Positions 1 through 12,146 of a DNA stretch of 64,000 nt are shown here, in pieces. The number at the start of each line of letters is the position of its first letter. The first letter of the stretch is position 1. The translations under genes and the position numbers were made by a program. The notes beneath the pieces were generated by a model, which searched no databases, was not told the origin of the DNA, and saw nothing but the letters and a program-made list of their open reading frames with translations. Source of the DNA: Tubulanus polymorphus (lineage: Eukaryota > Animalia > Nemertea); assembly GCF_964204645.1 (NCBI RefSeq), contig NC_134029.1:17726950-17790949 (forward strand), written 5' to 3'.

Positions 1-569
1 TCATGAAATAAATTAATGCCATCACATTGATTTTCCGATAGGTATGATTCCATATCATTCAAATAAATTGAGAAAAGGATTGGGGAAAGGTTTTCAACTT
101 GCCGCAATCCTTAAAACTCTGACCTTTAAAATAATCAGACCGTATTCCATCTACACGAACACACGACTTGGCATTTTGATAGATATTAGTAATTACCCGA
201 ATGATCTTCCCTGTTACACCCATGCTTATGATTTTGTGCCATAACGCTTTTCTCCAGATCGAGTCGAAAGCTTTACAATATAGTCGATAAAGACACAATA
301 GAGCCTTTTATTACTAGCCAGGAATATATCAATTATTGACTTTAATGAAAAAATATGATCAAGCACCGAGTGCCCCTTTCTGAAACCGGCTTAGTTCTTC
401 AGCAAAAGATCGTTCATTTCTAAGTAGGCCGTAAGGCGGTCATTAATTAGGCTAGAAAATAACTTTCCTTGGCAGCTAAGGAGGGTAATCCCTCTATAGT
501 TGTCAGGGTTTGTAACGTCACCTTTCTGTTTATAAATGGGGGTGATAGTGCCAATACTCCAAGCGTCGG

Positions 570-677
570 GGTCCAGTTCCACAGTTCTGAGTTAAGATTT
601 GACCCTGGGTTAAAAAATTGAAAATGAACTAAGTTTAACTCAGAGTTTACTCTAACTCACAACTGTGGAACTGGGTC
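570..677. mobile_element. ~108-bp PIF/Harbinger-like mini-MITE (CWG-target family)
   Basis: TIRs GGTCCAGTTCCACAGTT / AACTGTGGAACTGGGTC, flanked by CGG and CTG. Same family as 59838-59942 and 59946-63268. Confidence 0.75.
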
Positions 678-681
678 CTGG

Positions 682-1132
<451 letters not shown>

Positions 1133-1497
1133 CTGGTATATCCCCAGTATCTAGAATGTTGTTAAATAATAGGACCAATGTAGGCGATATGAAAGCATGA
1201 GATGCCTTAAGAATTTCATTTGTAATTTGGTCTATTGCTGGCGCTTTGTTGTTTTTCAACCTTTTTATTAATGACTTCGTCTTCTGTAAAGTGGCTATTA
1301 AGTAATTCGTCACCGTCTAGAGTATAATCACTAACGTTTAACAAAGCATCAGGCAAATTCTACCCGTCTACAGGATTTTGTTAAGATCAACATAGAAACT
1401 AAAGAGATCTTCCAATGAGGCACTACATGTGAATGGTTTATCTTTTTAAAAAAAGTTCCAATAGTTTTTTGGTTCTTGACGCTTCATTTGTCTGAGT

Positions 1498-1721
1498 ATG
1501 ATAAGATAAAAACCCACTATTTAAAAATTAAAAGAAATCTAAAATCGAGAATTTATTTATTGAAACAATTTGAAATATAAGAACACGACGTTGATCACAC
1601 CTGACGATGATCTCTAGTGTGAGATCGAAACGTCGTGTTCTTATATTTTAAATTGTTTCAATAAATAAATTCTCGATTTTAGCCCTTTTAATTTTTAAAT
1701 AGTGGGTTTTTATCTTATCAT
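1498..1721. mobile_element. ~220-bp palindromic insertion, Penelope-like inverted remnant
   Basis: Arm ATGATAAGATAAAAACCCACTA...GAACACGACGTT is the near-perfect reverse complement of AACGTCGTGTTC...TAGTGGGTTTTTATCTTATCAT. The asymmetric centre holds a hammerhead motif. Confidence 0.7.
1597..1638 (+). ncRNA. Minimal type-I hammerhead ribozyme motif (Penelope-like element type)
   Basis: ACAC-CTGACGA-T-GATCTC-TAGTGT-GAGATC-GAAA-C-GTC-GTGT. It has the CUGANGA and GAAA core, a 6-bp stem II, stem I ACAC/GTGT, a GUC cleavage triplet and a palindromic ACGT in place of stem III. Confidence 0.65.
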
Positions 1722-3847
1722 CTGTTCACAACGTTTGAGTGTGTGTGAGTATGTTGTTAGTATTTCGTACTTTCTTCTTTTTGTTAGTTCTGATGACTTT
1801 CTTATATTGTCTACAGGCCCTATTCATTTCTACCTTACTATGGCAGGTTCTCGCACTTTTATACCTACGTTTCATGGTACGGTAATTTCTCCTAGATTTT
1901 ATAAACTCGGGGCTAAAGGATTTTTACTATTTCGTTTCAAATTGGTTTGGCTTTTTTTCTTTTTCACAACCATGACGGAGGCTGCAGTGCCGACAATGAT
2001 GTCAGATAAAATATTACTTGCGTCGCTAGCACCAATTGTTGTATTTATGAGGCTCGTATTAAGTTCGTTTAACCGGAGACTATTGTTTTGTATAAGTTCG
2101 TTTTTAAAAATATCAACTTTTTCATTTTCCCAATTAATCTTTTCAATTTTTTGTGGGTTTAACAAGCTAGGCTGCTTAGGTATAGTTCCTATTAATTCAC
2201 CCTTTTTGAACCGGCAACTAGTTGGCGCATGAACATCGGAAAAGAGTTTGTCAAAATCTTCTACTTTGAAGTCGAGAACAGTGCTAAAAATATTGGCTGA
2301 TCCAATGAAATAATCAACTAGGTGCTTTGATTCCCCTTTAAAACAGGTACACCTTCCAATGTTGTTATCGCTACAGACTCGGCCATTTAAGATAAACAAA
2401 TTGCATAGTTAACATAACTCGATCAATCTATACCCGTAGTTATATATTCCGAGATCCGTATTGCTTCTATTCCGGATTCCTAGTCTATCAAGCTCCACTA
2501 AAGCAGCGGTTTCATCATCAAAAATAGCACCCATGCCTAGTTCCTCAATTAAAGATTCGTCGTGGTTTATAAAATCAGGTAAGGTTTTAGTATACGCATT
2601 GAAGTCCCCAGTTATGAGAACTAAATTATCAGCATTTAAGACCTGTGACAATTCATTATTTAAGTCATCGAAAAGTTCGATTCCTCCATATCGGCTGGTT
2701 TCTGGTGGTAGGTATTTACCGGCAAATAATACGTTCTTATCGGTGCCCCATAAAACCTTGTCAAACTCCAACGACTTGTCACTTAAAGTTTTTGGCTCCT
2801 CGGGATCCTATGCAGTAAGTTCAAGTTATACTCGGGCACTTTCAATGGCTTCACTAACCGGTTCAGCAGGGCTTAATACGCGAGTCGTCTCAGCTTGCTG
2901 CGTGGTTGTAAGTCCTCGTCTGTTGGGGCAGTTGATTTTCGAGATGTATGTCCTTGTGTCTCGTTGACATTGGCGTTCGGCTTACGGGCAATGTGTTCAT
3001 TTGTCTATGGTTCATGTTGTTTAGCTGCACCATCTTTTGGGATAATTCGTCAATTGGCCGCGATGCGATAGTTCTGTCCATTCGGAATATTTCGCAAATA
3101 GAATTTCGCATTTAATTCGACGATTCTCTCTGTGCGAACGCAATTTTGACAAGACCAGGTCTATTTCGTACGTGGGAGGTTAATTTTAGTGCCTCAGTTA
3201 CTACTGGCACGTCTTCATGTTCCGCGTATAACGATTTTACGAGGTCTTTGGCAATTTCTAGAGTTTTTTCAGCATTTCTTTCGAAAACCTGGCTAGCGAA
3301 CCGGTCTTTTGGTCACTGGAACGTTCCGCCCCACCAGCGCGCAGCTTATGGAGTACCGCCTGGTGAATTGTGTTCGCTCGCTCGATGTTTACTATACGTG
3401 GCTCTAGTTTGCCTATGTTTGAACCGAGATTGTCAATTTCCTCACTGATCATTTTAGCTTTTTGATCAATTTTTGTTTGCACTCATTTCAATAGTTCCCG
3501 TTTCAGCTTAGACATTTCGGATCGCACATAGCTGCCAAGGTCCTCTTGGCCTTTCTTTATTTGTCGGGTTTCTTTTAGAAGATCGTACATCGTTACTTCT
3601 GTGGTGGAGTCGAAAACGTCACTCATATCATGTTCCTCTGCACCCTCTGCGCCCTCGAACAATCGTCGATTTCATCTCCTCCACCCTTTGTTGTTTTACT
3701 TGGAGGTGGTGAGATACCTTCCGATCCTCGAGATCCAGCAGACCCTCTGGATTTTCTCTTCTTTTTACGCTTAGACGGAGCCATGCTAACGTACGTCCGT
3801 TCAGTTCAGTGGAACGATATTCAATTTTAGAATGTATGCATAAACTC

Positions 3848-4582
3848 GGGTTAGCGGTAAAAATCCCCTAGGTAAAACTCCCCCAGGTAAAAAAATCCCC
3901 TGAGAAAAATCACGTCGGTAAAAATCCCCAATTCTTCAAAGTAGGTAAAAATTCCTATCCTTTTGAATGTTGTGTAAGTAGATACAATCTTAAGGTCAAT
4001 TAATTCATATCATAGATACATATATCCAATTTATTCATATTTTACTGTGGGACACCATACGGATATCATGAGCATACCAACTATAGTTTAAACTTTTTGA
4101 ATTAAAACATACTACAAATTAAATAGTTCATTAATACTAAATTAGTACCGTACTTAAAGTTATCGCAGTTAATGAAAGGGTTCATCGCACATTTCAAATA
4201 TATTACACTTGCTTGCATCTAAAATATTTCAAATTAAAAGTTCATTATTGCTTATTATTCATGGCATCGCACAGCTCAAATATACCACAAATTAACAAGA
4301 TTTCACAGTTCAAAAATATTCCAGCTCGAAATTTAAGATATTAACAAAAATAAATTCATCATTCTTATTAATTCTTACAATATATTTTATTCTAAGAGTT
4401 TGCTTAAAAATTTATCCCAACGAAAGATTTCATTGTGCAGTTCAAACATATTTCAGTCTCATGGCAAATGAATAAAATTGGAGAAACATTTTTCTTTGAA
4501 ATGTTCTTGAAAATCGTCAAGTGGGGATTTTTACCTACTTTGAATATTTGGGGATTTTTACCTAGGGGATTTTTACCTAAAC
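3848..4582. mobile_element. Non-autonomous TIR element with inverted subterminal GGTAAAAATCCCC arrays
   Basis: Left arrays GGTAAAAATCCCC, right arrays GGGGATTTTTACC. Flanked by the direct repeat CATAAACTC (3839-3847 and 4583-4591), i.e. an 8-9 bp TSD. Confidence 0.8.
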
Positions 4583-5332
4583 CATAAACTCTAGGCTGCA
4601 AAGAAATACGTTTTCAGCGGCTCTAATCTACGAGCAATTATCTGAACAATATAACTCATTTTAACTTGTGGTATATTTCACTGCGCTATGCGTTAAAATA
4701 TTAGAAATAATGAACTTTTAATTTGGAATATCTTAAACACGAGCTTGTATTATATTCTAATTGTGCGATTAACTCTTTTTAACTTGCGAGGCTGCTTGCG
4801 AGCGATATGAACTGTGCGATAACTTTAAGCATTATTTTAGTATTAATGAACTGTTAATTTGTCGTATTTTCAAATTTCATTTGTACAATAATAAGTTCTC
4901 TCATGATATGGATTCGATTTACGTATCAATATTTTCATGTTGACGGGGGCCTGAAGATGGCTAATAGCATTAGCCGAAACGTTGATGGTAATCATTTCGA
5001 TATAAACCTTTTGATTTTAGCTGAATTCATTGTGGGATTTCTCTCGTTATTCATCATACACGGATATTGTGTATTTTCTCGTCTCATTTCCATGTTGGTT
5101 TTGAACAACTTAGATTTCATGATAATACCTTATTAACTTTAGATGACAGTAATACCTTTAATTATATGTAAAATATGATCACTGCTGAACGTGTAATAAG
5201 GAATATATATTTACTCCAGTGACAATATTTTGATTCAAAGATTTAATTCAATCATCTAGTCTCAGTCTGTATAGTAAAAATTCTATCTGTAAAGAGTCAT
5301 AATGAGATTTTGCGCTATAGAAAAATAAATTC

Positions 5333-5412
5333 TATTATTATCATCATCGTCATCATCATCATTATTATTATCATTATCATTATTATTATTATCATTATTA
5401 TTATTATTATTA
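5333..5412 (+). repeat. (ATC/ATT)n microsatellite, probably a LINE/SINE 3' tail
   Basis: Trinucleotide run preceded by TGTAAAG...TTGCGCTATAGAAAAATAAA, which resembles L2/CR1-type tails. Confidence 0.85.
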
Positions 5413-5489
5413 TAAAACTTCTGGCTAACCAAGAGCTAACCGAATGCCGGTATATAGAAGGTGGTCGCTTGAAAATTAGTTATTTTTAC

Positions 5490-5957
5490 GCAAATATCCC
5501 CCATAGGTAAAATCCCCTCCGGTAAAAATCCCCCCAAATTTGATTTCACAACAATATTCAACAAAATTCTTCAATATTCTTACGTTGAAAAAATTTCTGA
5601 TTTTCCGTGATTTTTTTCACAATATTCACCTTAGATAATCAATGACTTTGACCAAGCTACGTGCATAAAAATGACATTATTCTGTGACTTTTAGCTAGCA
5701 ACAGCTGAACATTTCTATGAAGAAATCTAGTTCAAAAGTAATAGCAAAATATATGTGTACCTATCTATGTACTAAGTATTATTGTGAAAAGTATTATCTG
5801 TTTTCATTTCGGTTTTTTACTTAAATTTGATAGAAAAATGAAATTGGGAGATTTTAACCAGGGGGATTTTTAACATGGGGATTTTTACCTGGGGGATTTT
5901 TACCGCGTGGGATTTTTACTGGGGGGATATTTACCGGGGGGATTTTTACCTACATTC
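5490..5957. mobile_element. Second element with GGTAAAAATCCCC / GGGGATTTTTACC subterminal arrays
   Basis: Inverted arrays at 5494-5535 and 5845-5957. The right end reads CCTACATTC. Confidence 0.7.
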
Positions 5958-6566
5958 AACCGATTCGTATCCCAAGAATGAGAATTGTATCTAACCACAG
6001 TAATTATTCCTCATCAAACGTTCGGTCATCATATTGTACATCTATACATCATTACTATCATCTTCAGGTAATAGAAGTGCAATAAAATCTAGAATATGAT
6101 TTGAGTATTTGGGGATATTTACCAAGGGGATTTTTACCTACAACCATCTCCAGCATGTACTAGCGCTGACGCTATGGGATAAAACCTAGTCTCGATCCAT
6201 TGCCTAAAAATGGAGTGGGTACATTCATTCAGATCAGGACTAAATACGCTTATAATGGATATCTTGCATTATATCATTTTACATAACGGGTGTCTTATAG
6301 GCCTGGTTTTACTTGTACATTGTTCATCAATTAATTAAACATCCCAAGTAACTTCTTAATTGTGTAGCCTTTACTTATGGCTTAATCACTGATGTTCAAT
6401 AGCTAGTCGGCTATAGAAAGACTAACCCGATAAAATTCCGTTAACCGTTCGTCCAGAGTCGAACACTCGCGCGTTAATTCGATACGATTTTAAAGAAAGA
6501 AAATTATTGCATGAAATCTAGTTTTCGTATCAATCGGCGTCCAATCTCATAAACCATCCTAAACAC

Positions 6567-6682
6567 GAATGTAGGAAAAATGGCCAAGGAAAAAATGGCC
6601 AGGAAAAGATTGCCAAGGAAAGAATGGCCAAGGTATTTTCCTAGGAAAAAATGGCCACGGAAAAAAAATGCCAAGGAAAATT
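6567..6682. repeat. Left end of a related element with a GGAAAAAATGGCC array
   Basis: Starts GAATGTAGG, the reverse complement of the 5957 terminus, then ~7 copies of a 13-14 bp motif. No right end found. Confidence 0.65.
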
Positions 6683-6980
6683 TATGAGAACTACTCACAA
6701 TGTTAATAAACATTAAGCTTTCAATTTAATGACATCATTTATTTTTCATCGGGCTAAAAACAATTAAAATCGGTATAATGAGTTCAGAAATTTGATGAAC
6801 TTACATTTAATTTCATTACATATAATGGATATATAAGAACTATCATGAAAGAACTATAATGCAAGTGGGCAATGGATAAACTTAATAATAAACTTAATAA
6901 ATTAACTAAATTAATATTTCAAAACATCTAAGTAAGCTATTAGGGCACAGACTGTCTTATCAAAGGTAAGTGCATTGAAA

Positions 6981-7703
6981 GAATCCAGGTAATAATGCCA
7001 GAGGTAAAAATGCCATAGGTAATAATGCCAGAAGTAAAAATTCCAGAGGAAAAATCACACCATAGGTAAAAATGCCAGAGGTAAAAATGCCAGAAGGAAA
7101 TATGAGGAAAATTAAGTGAAGAATTTATTAACATTGGACCTGAAAATTCTTATTTTCACTAGATTTTACGTAATGAATGCACAGTTTAGAACATATTCCT
7201 ATTATAATACAAATCTAAAAAAAGGAATGAAAAATTTGTAGAATAAAGAGAACCACAAATCTATAAAATAAAGTCTAAGTCTAAACATAAGCAATAAAAT
7301 CATTGAAATTATTGATATTTATATTTTGAGATCATTGAAAATTAACACATATTCTAATATAATTGTAATCAGAAAGGGAACATAATCATGATATATAACA
7401 CATTTCTAAATTAATGAATATCAACAAATGAATGCACGGAGTTCACATATTGAATGCACAGTTTAGATAAAGCATATTTCTAGGTATAATAATAGGTATG
7501 GTAATTAAAACAGAAAATTAAGTTTTTGACGAGTAAGTATGCTCTAATTCATAACATCAAAGCAACAATTCGATTCAAATTGATACGCTTTTTTTTATAA
7601 TCATTGAATCAATTTACCCTTCAGGCATTTTTACCTTTGGCATTTTTACTTCTGCCATTATTACCTATGGCATTTTTACCTCTGGCATTATTACCGCGTA
7701 CCA
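6981..7703. mobile_element. Non-autonomous element with inverted GGTAAAAATGCCAGA arrays
   Basis: 15-bp units at 6987-7097, with inverted copies (TCTGGCATTTTTACC) at 7620-7696. Confidence 0.75.
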
Positions 7704-8908
7704 CAATCAACACTTGTACACAGTTATATTGAATTTTTATAAGTGTCAATATTTTAATGAAACGTTTTAGAATGACTGTCAATATAACTTAGGTGAAAGT
7801 AACTTACGTAACTTAATGTATCTTACGTAATTAGATATTCTTCTTGTAAACACTTCACAACACTGATGTTTTCCTATTGAATTTCTAACTACTTGTATAA
7901 ATCAGAGGTCAAAACGGATCTCACAAGTTTTATAACTATGTTTTGTGGTTTAGTGGTCTAATGTAAACAACTACAAGTTCATTCAATCGTGTGTGATAAA
8001 TTTCAATTGTTGACTTTTTCTAAATAAAGAAAAGGGATGTAATGTAAAAAAAAGGTTAATCTCAGAACAAAGGTGAAGGGGTCAGGATAAGTATCACGTG
8101 ATCTGACGTCACGTGATGCTTAGCCGCAACAGGATCTGTCTTCTGTTCGTGGACACCAAGACGATAAGACGTGTCGAATAAACTAGCATATAAAATACAA
8201 CCACTAGTAGTTTCGTGTTAAGGATTTTGTTCCCCGGCATGAAGGACGATCCCACATTACACTAGCATTGGCATGACGTCATAGACGTCAACCAATGCTA
8301 AAAAATCGTTTTGTTCTCACGATAGAAATTTAATTCGAACAAATAGAAATACTTATTTCAACATGTCGCCTCGGACCTCCGTATATAGAGGCCTATGGGT
8401 CTTTAGTTTTATTATCTAGCGACGCGCACTGCGAAACAAAACGGTTTTTCCTGTCCCATAGTTTTTGACGACTGTGTAAATAGAATTTTGTTGTTATCAT
8501 TTCATGTTCATTCGCTGATAAACTTTATGTTACAAAGCTCGTACTATACCCGTTAATCTAAACGGATTAAAGTTATTCAGGTAGTACAGGTGAATTTTAC
8601 GGTCCCAGATCACAAGAAAATGAATTATTTGAAATAATTAGGGTAATAAACTTGAACCTGAATTATCGAATTGTGCTAGCTGGTTCTAAAACGCCATCCA
8701 TTATGAAGAGACAAACTTCGGGGATGTGGTGGTAATATACATTCATTTATTTAAGATATCCATAGCAATTCATACATTCAGGTTCGATGTTAGAAATATA
8801 TGATCGTGTATGAATAATACATGAAGTGACTAATGCATGGTTTGCTTTCATTGACGACACAAAAACGAGTTTTGTTTATTTCTAAACGTTCATGATATAT
8901 TGCAGCGG

Positions 8909-10009
8909 TCAAGAGAGTCCGATCCAGGTCGGTGGAAAGTAATCTTCGTGTCCGACTTCTAGCGATAGATTTGAGCCAGGACGAGGCCAATCTTTGTAAT
9001 AAATCGTGGTACCGTTAGCGAGCCACGACGCCCACCAGCCAAATGAACCAGTGGTCATAATCACGTGATTGCACATAGATAATATTGCCATATCAACTGC
9101 GGCGCTCTTGCCATAAGAGAATATCGTATTGTTGTAATATTTGATATTATCCTCGCACCAAACGATATCATCCGACACAACTATAAACAGAATATTCTTA
9201 TACATTGACGTCATCTTTTGCATGGCACGTTCGATATATTGTTCATTGGCAACCACGTATCCGAATCCGATATTAAAATCAGACAGATTGTCGCCTCTAC
9301 GAACGTGTATTCCAACTAACTGTAACTTCTTTAACGAATTGCGCCTTCCAATGCGTTCCAAATAATTACTTACAGTTTCTTCGATGAAGTTTTTCGCTTT
9401 ATGGCGCGTTCGTTTCCGGAAGGTAAATTGTCGGCGGATCTTATGCGAGTAGTTTTCGAAATACTTAAAAGACTGAAGAAATCCTTTGATATGATACGAA
9501 TTATGGCTAGGATAGAGATGAAATGAATTGATCTTTTTGTCGTATCGTCCTGTATAATTTACTCGCTCCCTGAATAATTCGTGAGTCGAAACACCCGATT
9601 GACAAGGAGATGTGATTTCAAAAATCGACGACAGCTGAAATTTTGAGGGCACAACAGGTAACAACGAATACTTTTCAGCCGTTGCATATAAAGCTGCATA
9701 TTGAAACATTACATTTCCGAGTCTTCCAGTAAATAACGCAGTTAATGTCGGTTCATAGAAATTACTCCGGATTATTATCTCCTTAGTTTTATCCTGTTGA
9801 GGAGTGTTGTCAGTTAGAAGAAGTCCTCGTAGCGACACTAAAACTAAACACACCATGCATATGATTGGAATCGCAGCCACGATTCTCCGATATGAGCGTC
9901 GTGAAATTTTGTATCTTCCAATCCGCAATTTAGTCCTAATGATGTTGTTAAGAGAAGTGCAGAAATAGTCGACTCTCGCTTTAGCCGTGTTGGTTGCGTC
10001 TGATAGCAT
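8909..10009 (-). CDS. Galactoside alpha-1,2-fucosyltransferase-like protein (GT11; FUT1/FUT2-like), single coding exon
   Basis: 366-aa ORF from ATG 10009 with a type II membrane anchor (IVAAIPIICMVCLVLVSL). GT11 motifs GRLGNVMFQYA, GIHVRRGD, VVSDDIVWC, DMAILSMCNHVIMTTGSFGWWASWL and DYFPPTWIG. Confidence 0.95.
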   Translation of the reverse strand: MLSDATNTAKARVDYFCTSLNNIIRTKLRIGRYKISRRSYRRIVAAIPIICMVCLVLVSLRGLLLTDNTPQQDKTKEIIIRSNFYEPTLTALFTGRLGNVMFQYAALYATAEKYSLLPVVPSKFQLSSIFEITSPCQSGVSTHELFRERVNYTGRYDKKINSFHLYPSHNSYHIKGFLQSFKYFENYSHKIRRQFTFRKRTRHKAKNFIEETVSNYLERIGRRNSLKKLQLVGIHVRRGDNLSDFNIGFGYVVANEQYIERAMQKMTSMYKNILFIVVSDDIVWCEDNIKYYNNTIFSYGKSAAVDMAILSMCNHVIMTTGSFGWWASWLANGTTIYYKDWPRPGSNLSLEVGHEDYFPPTWIGLS

Positions 10010-11315
10010 CACACAACGAAAATATTATTCTTACTTCATGGAACATGTAAACTGTTATCCCAATTCCGGCTTGTTTGGATGTCACCGTAAAACGCGGCAA
10101 ACCACTACAGCGTGACTTACTTCCCTACATAGGGCAAGACGGGGGAATCTGCATTGAAACGGGAAATCTGAAACGATGAGTTACAAATATTAGGCTAAAC
10201 AATTAATGAAAAATTACTGAACACTGATTCAAGTTAAGACTTATGTAATCCAATAGCATACACACTCAGTCGCTGCGAATCAAGCGCAGGCGAATTCTAA
10301 AGGCTGGCTTATGTCGACAAGCAACGCGACGCCTATTACCGACGCAACTGGGTTTTTCGCCGATTAGCGGCGGCCTACGAGAGGCCGCCAGTGCTGCTCT
10401 ATCGGTTCGACAGAGGCCGGCTTGCGACGGCAACCCGAAGCCAACCGACGCGTCGCAAGTCGTATCCGGCTAGTTGCCCATGGTTGCTTTCGATCGCAAC
10501 CGACATGAGCTCATCTGCGACGCGAGGGGTTCACGATCATGAGTGATTTATGTAGCGAGTAAAAGATACTCACGAGAAATACGTGAAACTGCGGTGATAT
10601 TTTTACATTTCAGCTACGTTTTTGATTTTGATGAAAATAAAAAGCGAACGGAACTTAATCTATTGCGGGGGAGGGGGGTCGTTCGAACACGTTGATCACG
10701 GGCGGTCGGCCGGGTAATCCGAGTCTCCCACGGCACAAAGCAAAATACCATTCACATAAGGCATTCATACATTCTAAAATGCTCCTATACTAAATTCAAT
10801 AGCAAAAAACTCATGGTCTCCATGGGTGTTCAGCGAGTAAATCAATGGAATCATGGCACGCGCATGGAATGACTCAAGGTTTCAAGGTTTCATAACAGGC
10901 AAGGTCCGTGTCCGTCGTCCTCCAGATTTTATATATACTGAGTTTCCTACTAAGAATAAAATCCAAAAAAGTAATTATGTCTCCAGGACGATTTCGTATA
11001 ACAGTGTTTAAATCTAGCAAGTCTTTATGTGCATTGTATACAGTAGGTTTCTATGAATTGGATATATCTCATGCCATGTATTTCTCCAATCGCTTTCTAT
11101 TATTAATCTCAACAATAATTTACTGGCGACACATACAATGTACGCATATTCGTGTTGAAACTGGTTCATTGACCCGCCGTTGTGAAAAAACAGCTTAATG
11201 TGGCAATATTTAGCACGCTAGACTTTTCGATTCAATTATATCAAAAGTAAATTTGAAGATCTTCATCTTCTCATATTAGCAACCTCCTAGAATTTTCAAA
11301 GTGCCCCCATAACTC

Positions 11316-11487
11316 TGCGGTATTTATGAATAGCACAATCGCGTTATTTTGCGCGTCTGCGATTTTATGTAAAATTCTGAAATCATATAATCACAAATTA
11401 ATAGAATCGCATATTATTTCTTTAAATTATGAATAGAATCGAAAGGATCGCAAATACTGTGAGATTGTGCTATTCAGAAATACCGCA
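11316..11487. mobile_element. Small MITE
   Basis: TIRs TGCGGTATTTATGAATAGCACAATC / GATTGTGCTATTCAGAAATACCGCA. Confidence 0.7.
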
Positions 11488-12146
11488 CCGTTCTCAATGT
11501 CCTTCAAAAAGTCAGTGTAAAAAAATTCAGCTCAAGATTTTTCGAAATTTTGATACAATTTTCATATTTTTTAAAAAAAGAAAAAAAAATGAAAAGTAAT
11601 CCATTCTCAAATGAATTATTAAGGTACCATTTTTTATTGAGACAAAAACAAGTTCTACTGTTCTGATCTTATTTGAAATCAAGAGCTTTCGCCACTAGTG
11701 TGAAGCTCCTGTATTATTCCTGTAGTTAGCGAAAGCTTGTGATTCCAAATCAGTAAAGTAACTTTATACCTGTTTATTGTTTATCAGGCTCCTCTACAAA
11801 TGTATGACTGATAGTTGTAAGCAAAAAAAGTTTCATTTAGTATAAAAACATACCTGAATGCGATTTTGTTAATGAAAGATCCACGTACATTTACTAAATA
11901 GGTCGGCCGTCTAATTTAACGTACTACCACGTCATATATCTTTCGTTTATCGTTTATTCACTGTTTATAGTCATATCTGTTGAATGCAATAACGTATGCG
12001 CACTATGTGCTACGCATGGTTGACATGTTTGGGGCGGTCGGGCGCGGACAAATAGGAACTCACTGCGACGAAACAGTGACAACCGCGCGCCGTAACAAAC
12101 GTAAACAAGTTTGGCGAGGAAAATGTGTTACTAAAGAGTCTATCTT

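Noticed and set aside
1702-2967. Long plus-strand ORFs (176 and 168 aa)
   Set aside because: Antisense shadows of the LINE ORF2 on the minus strand.
8378-8392. 15-bp inverted match to 692-706
   Set aside because: Isolated matches of this length are expected by chance in a 64-kb AT-rich window.
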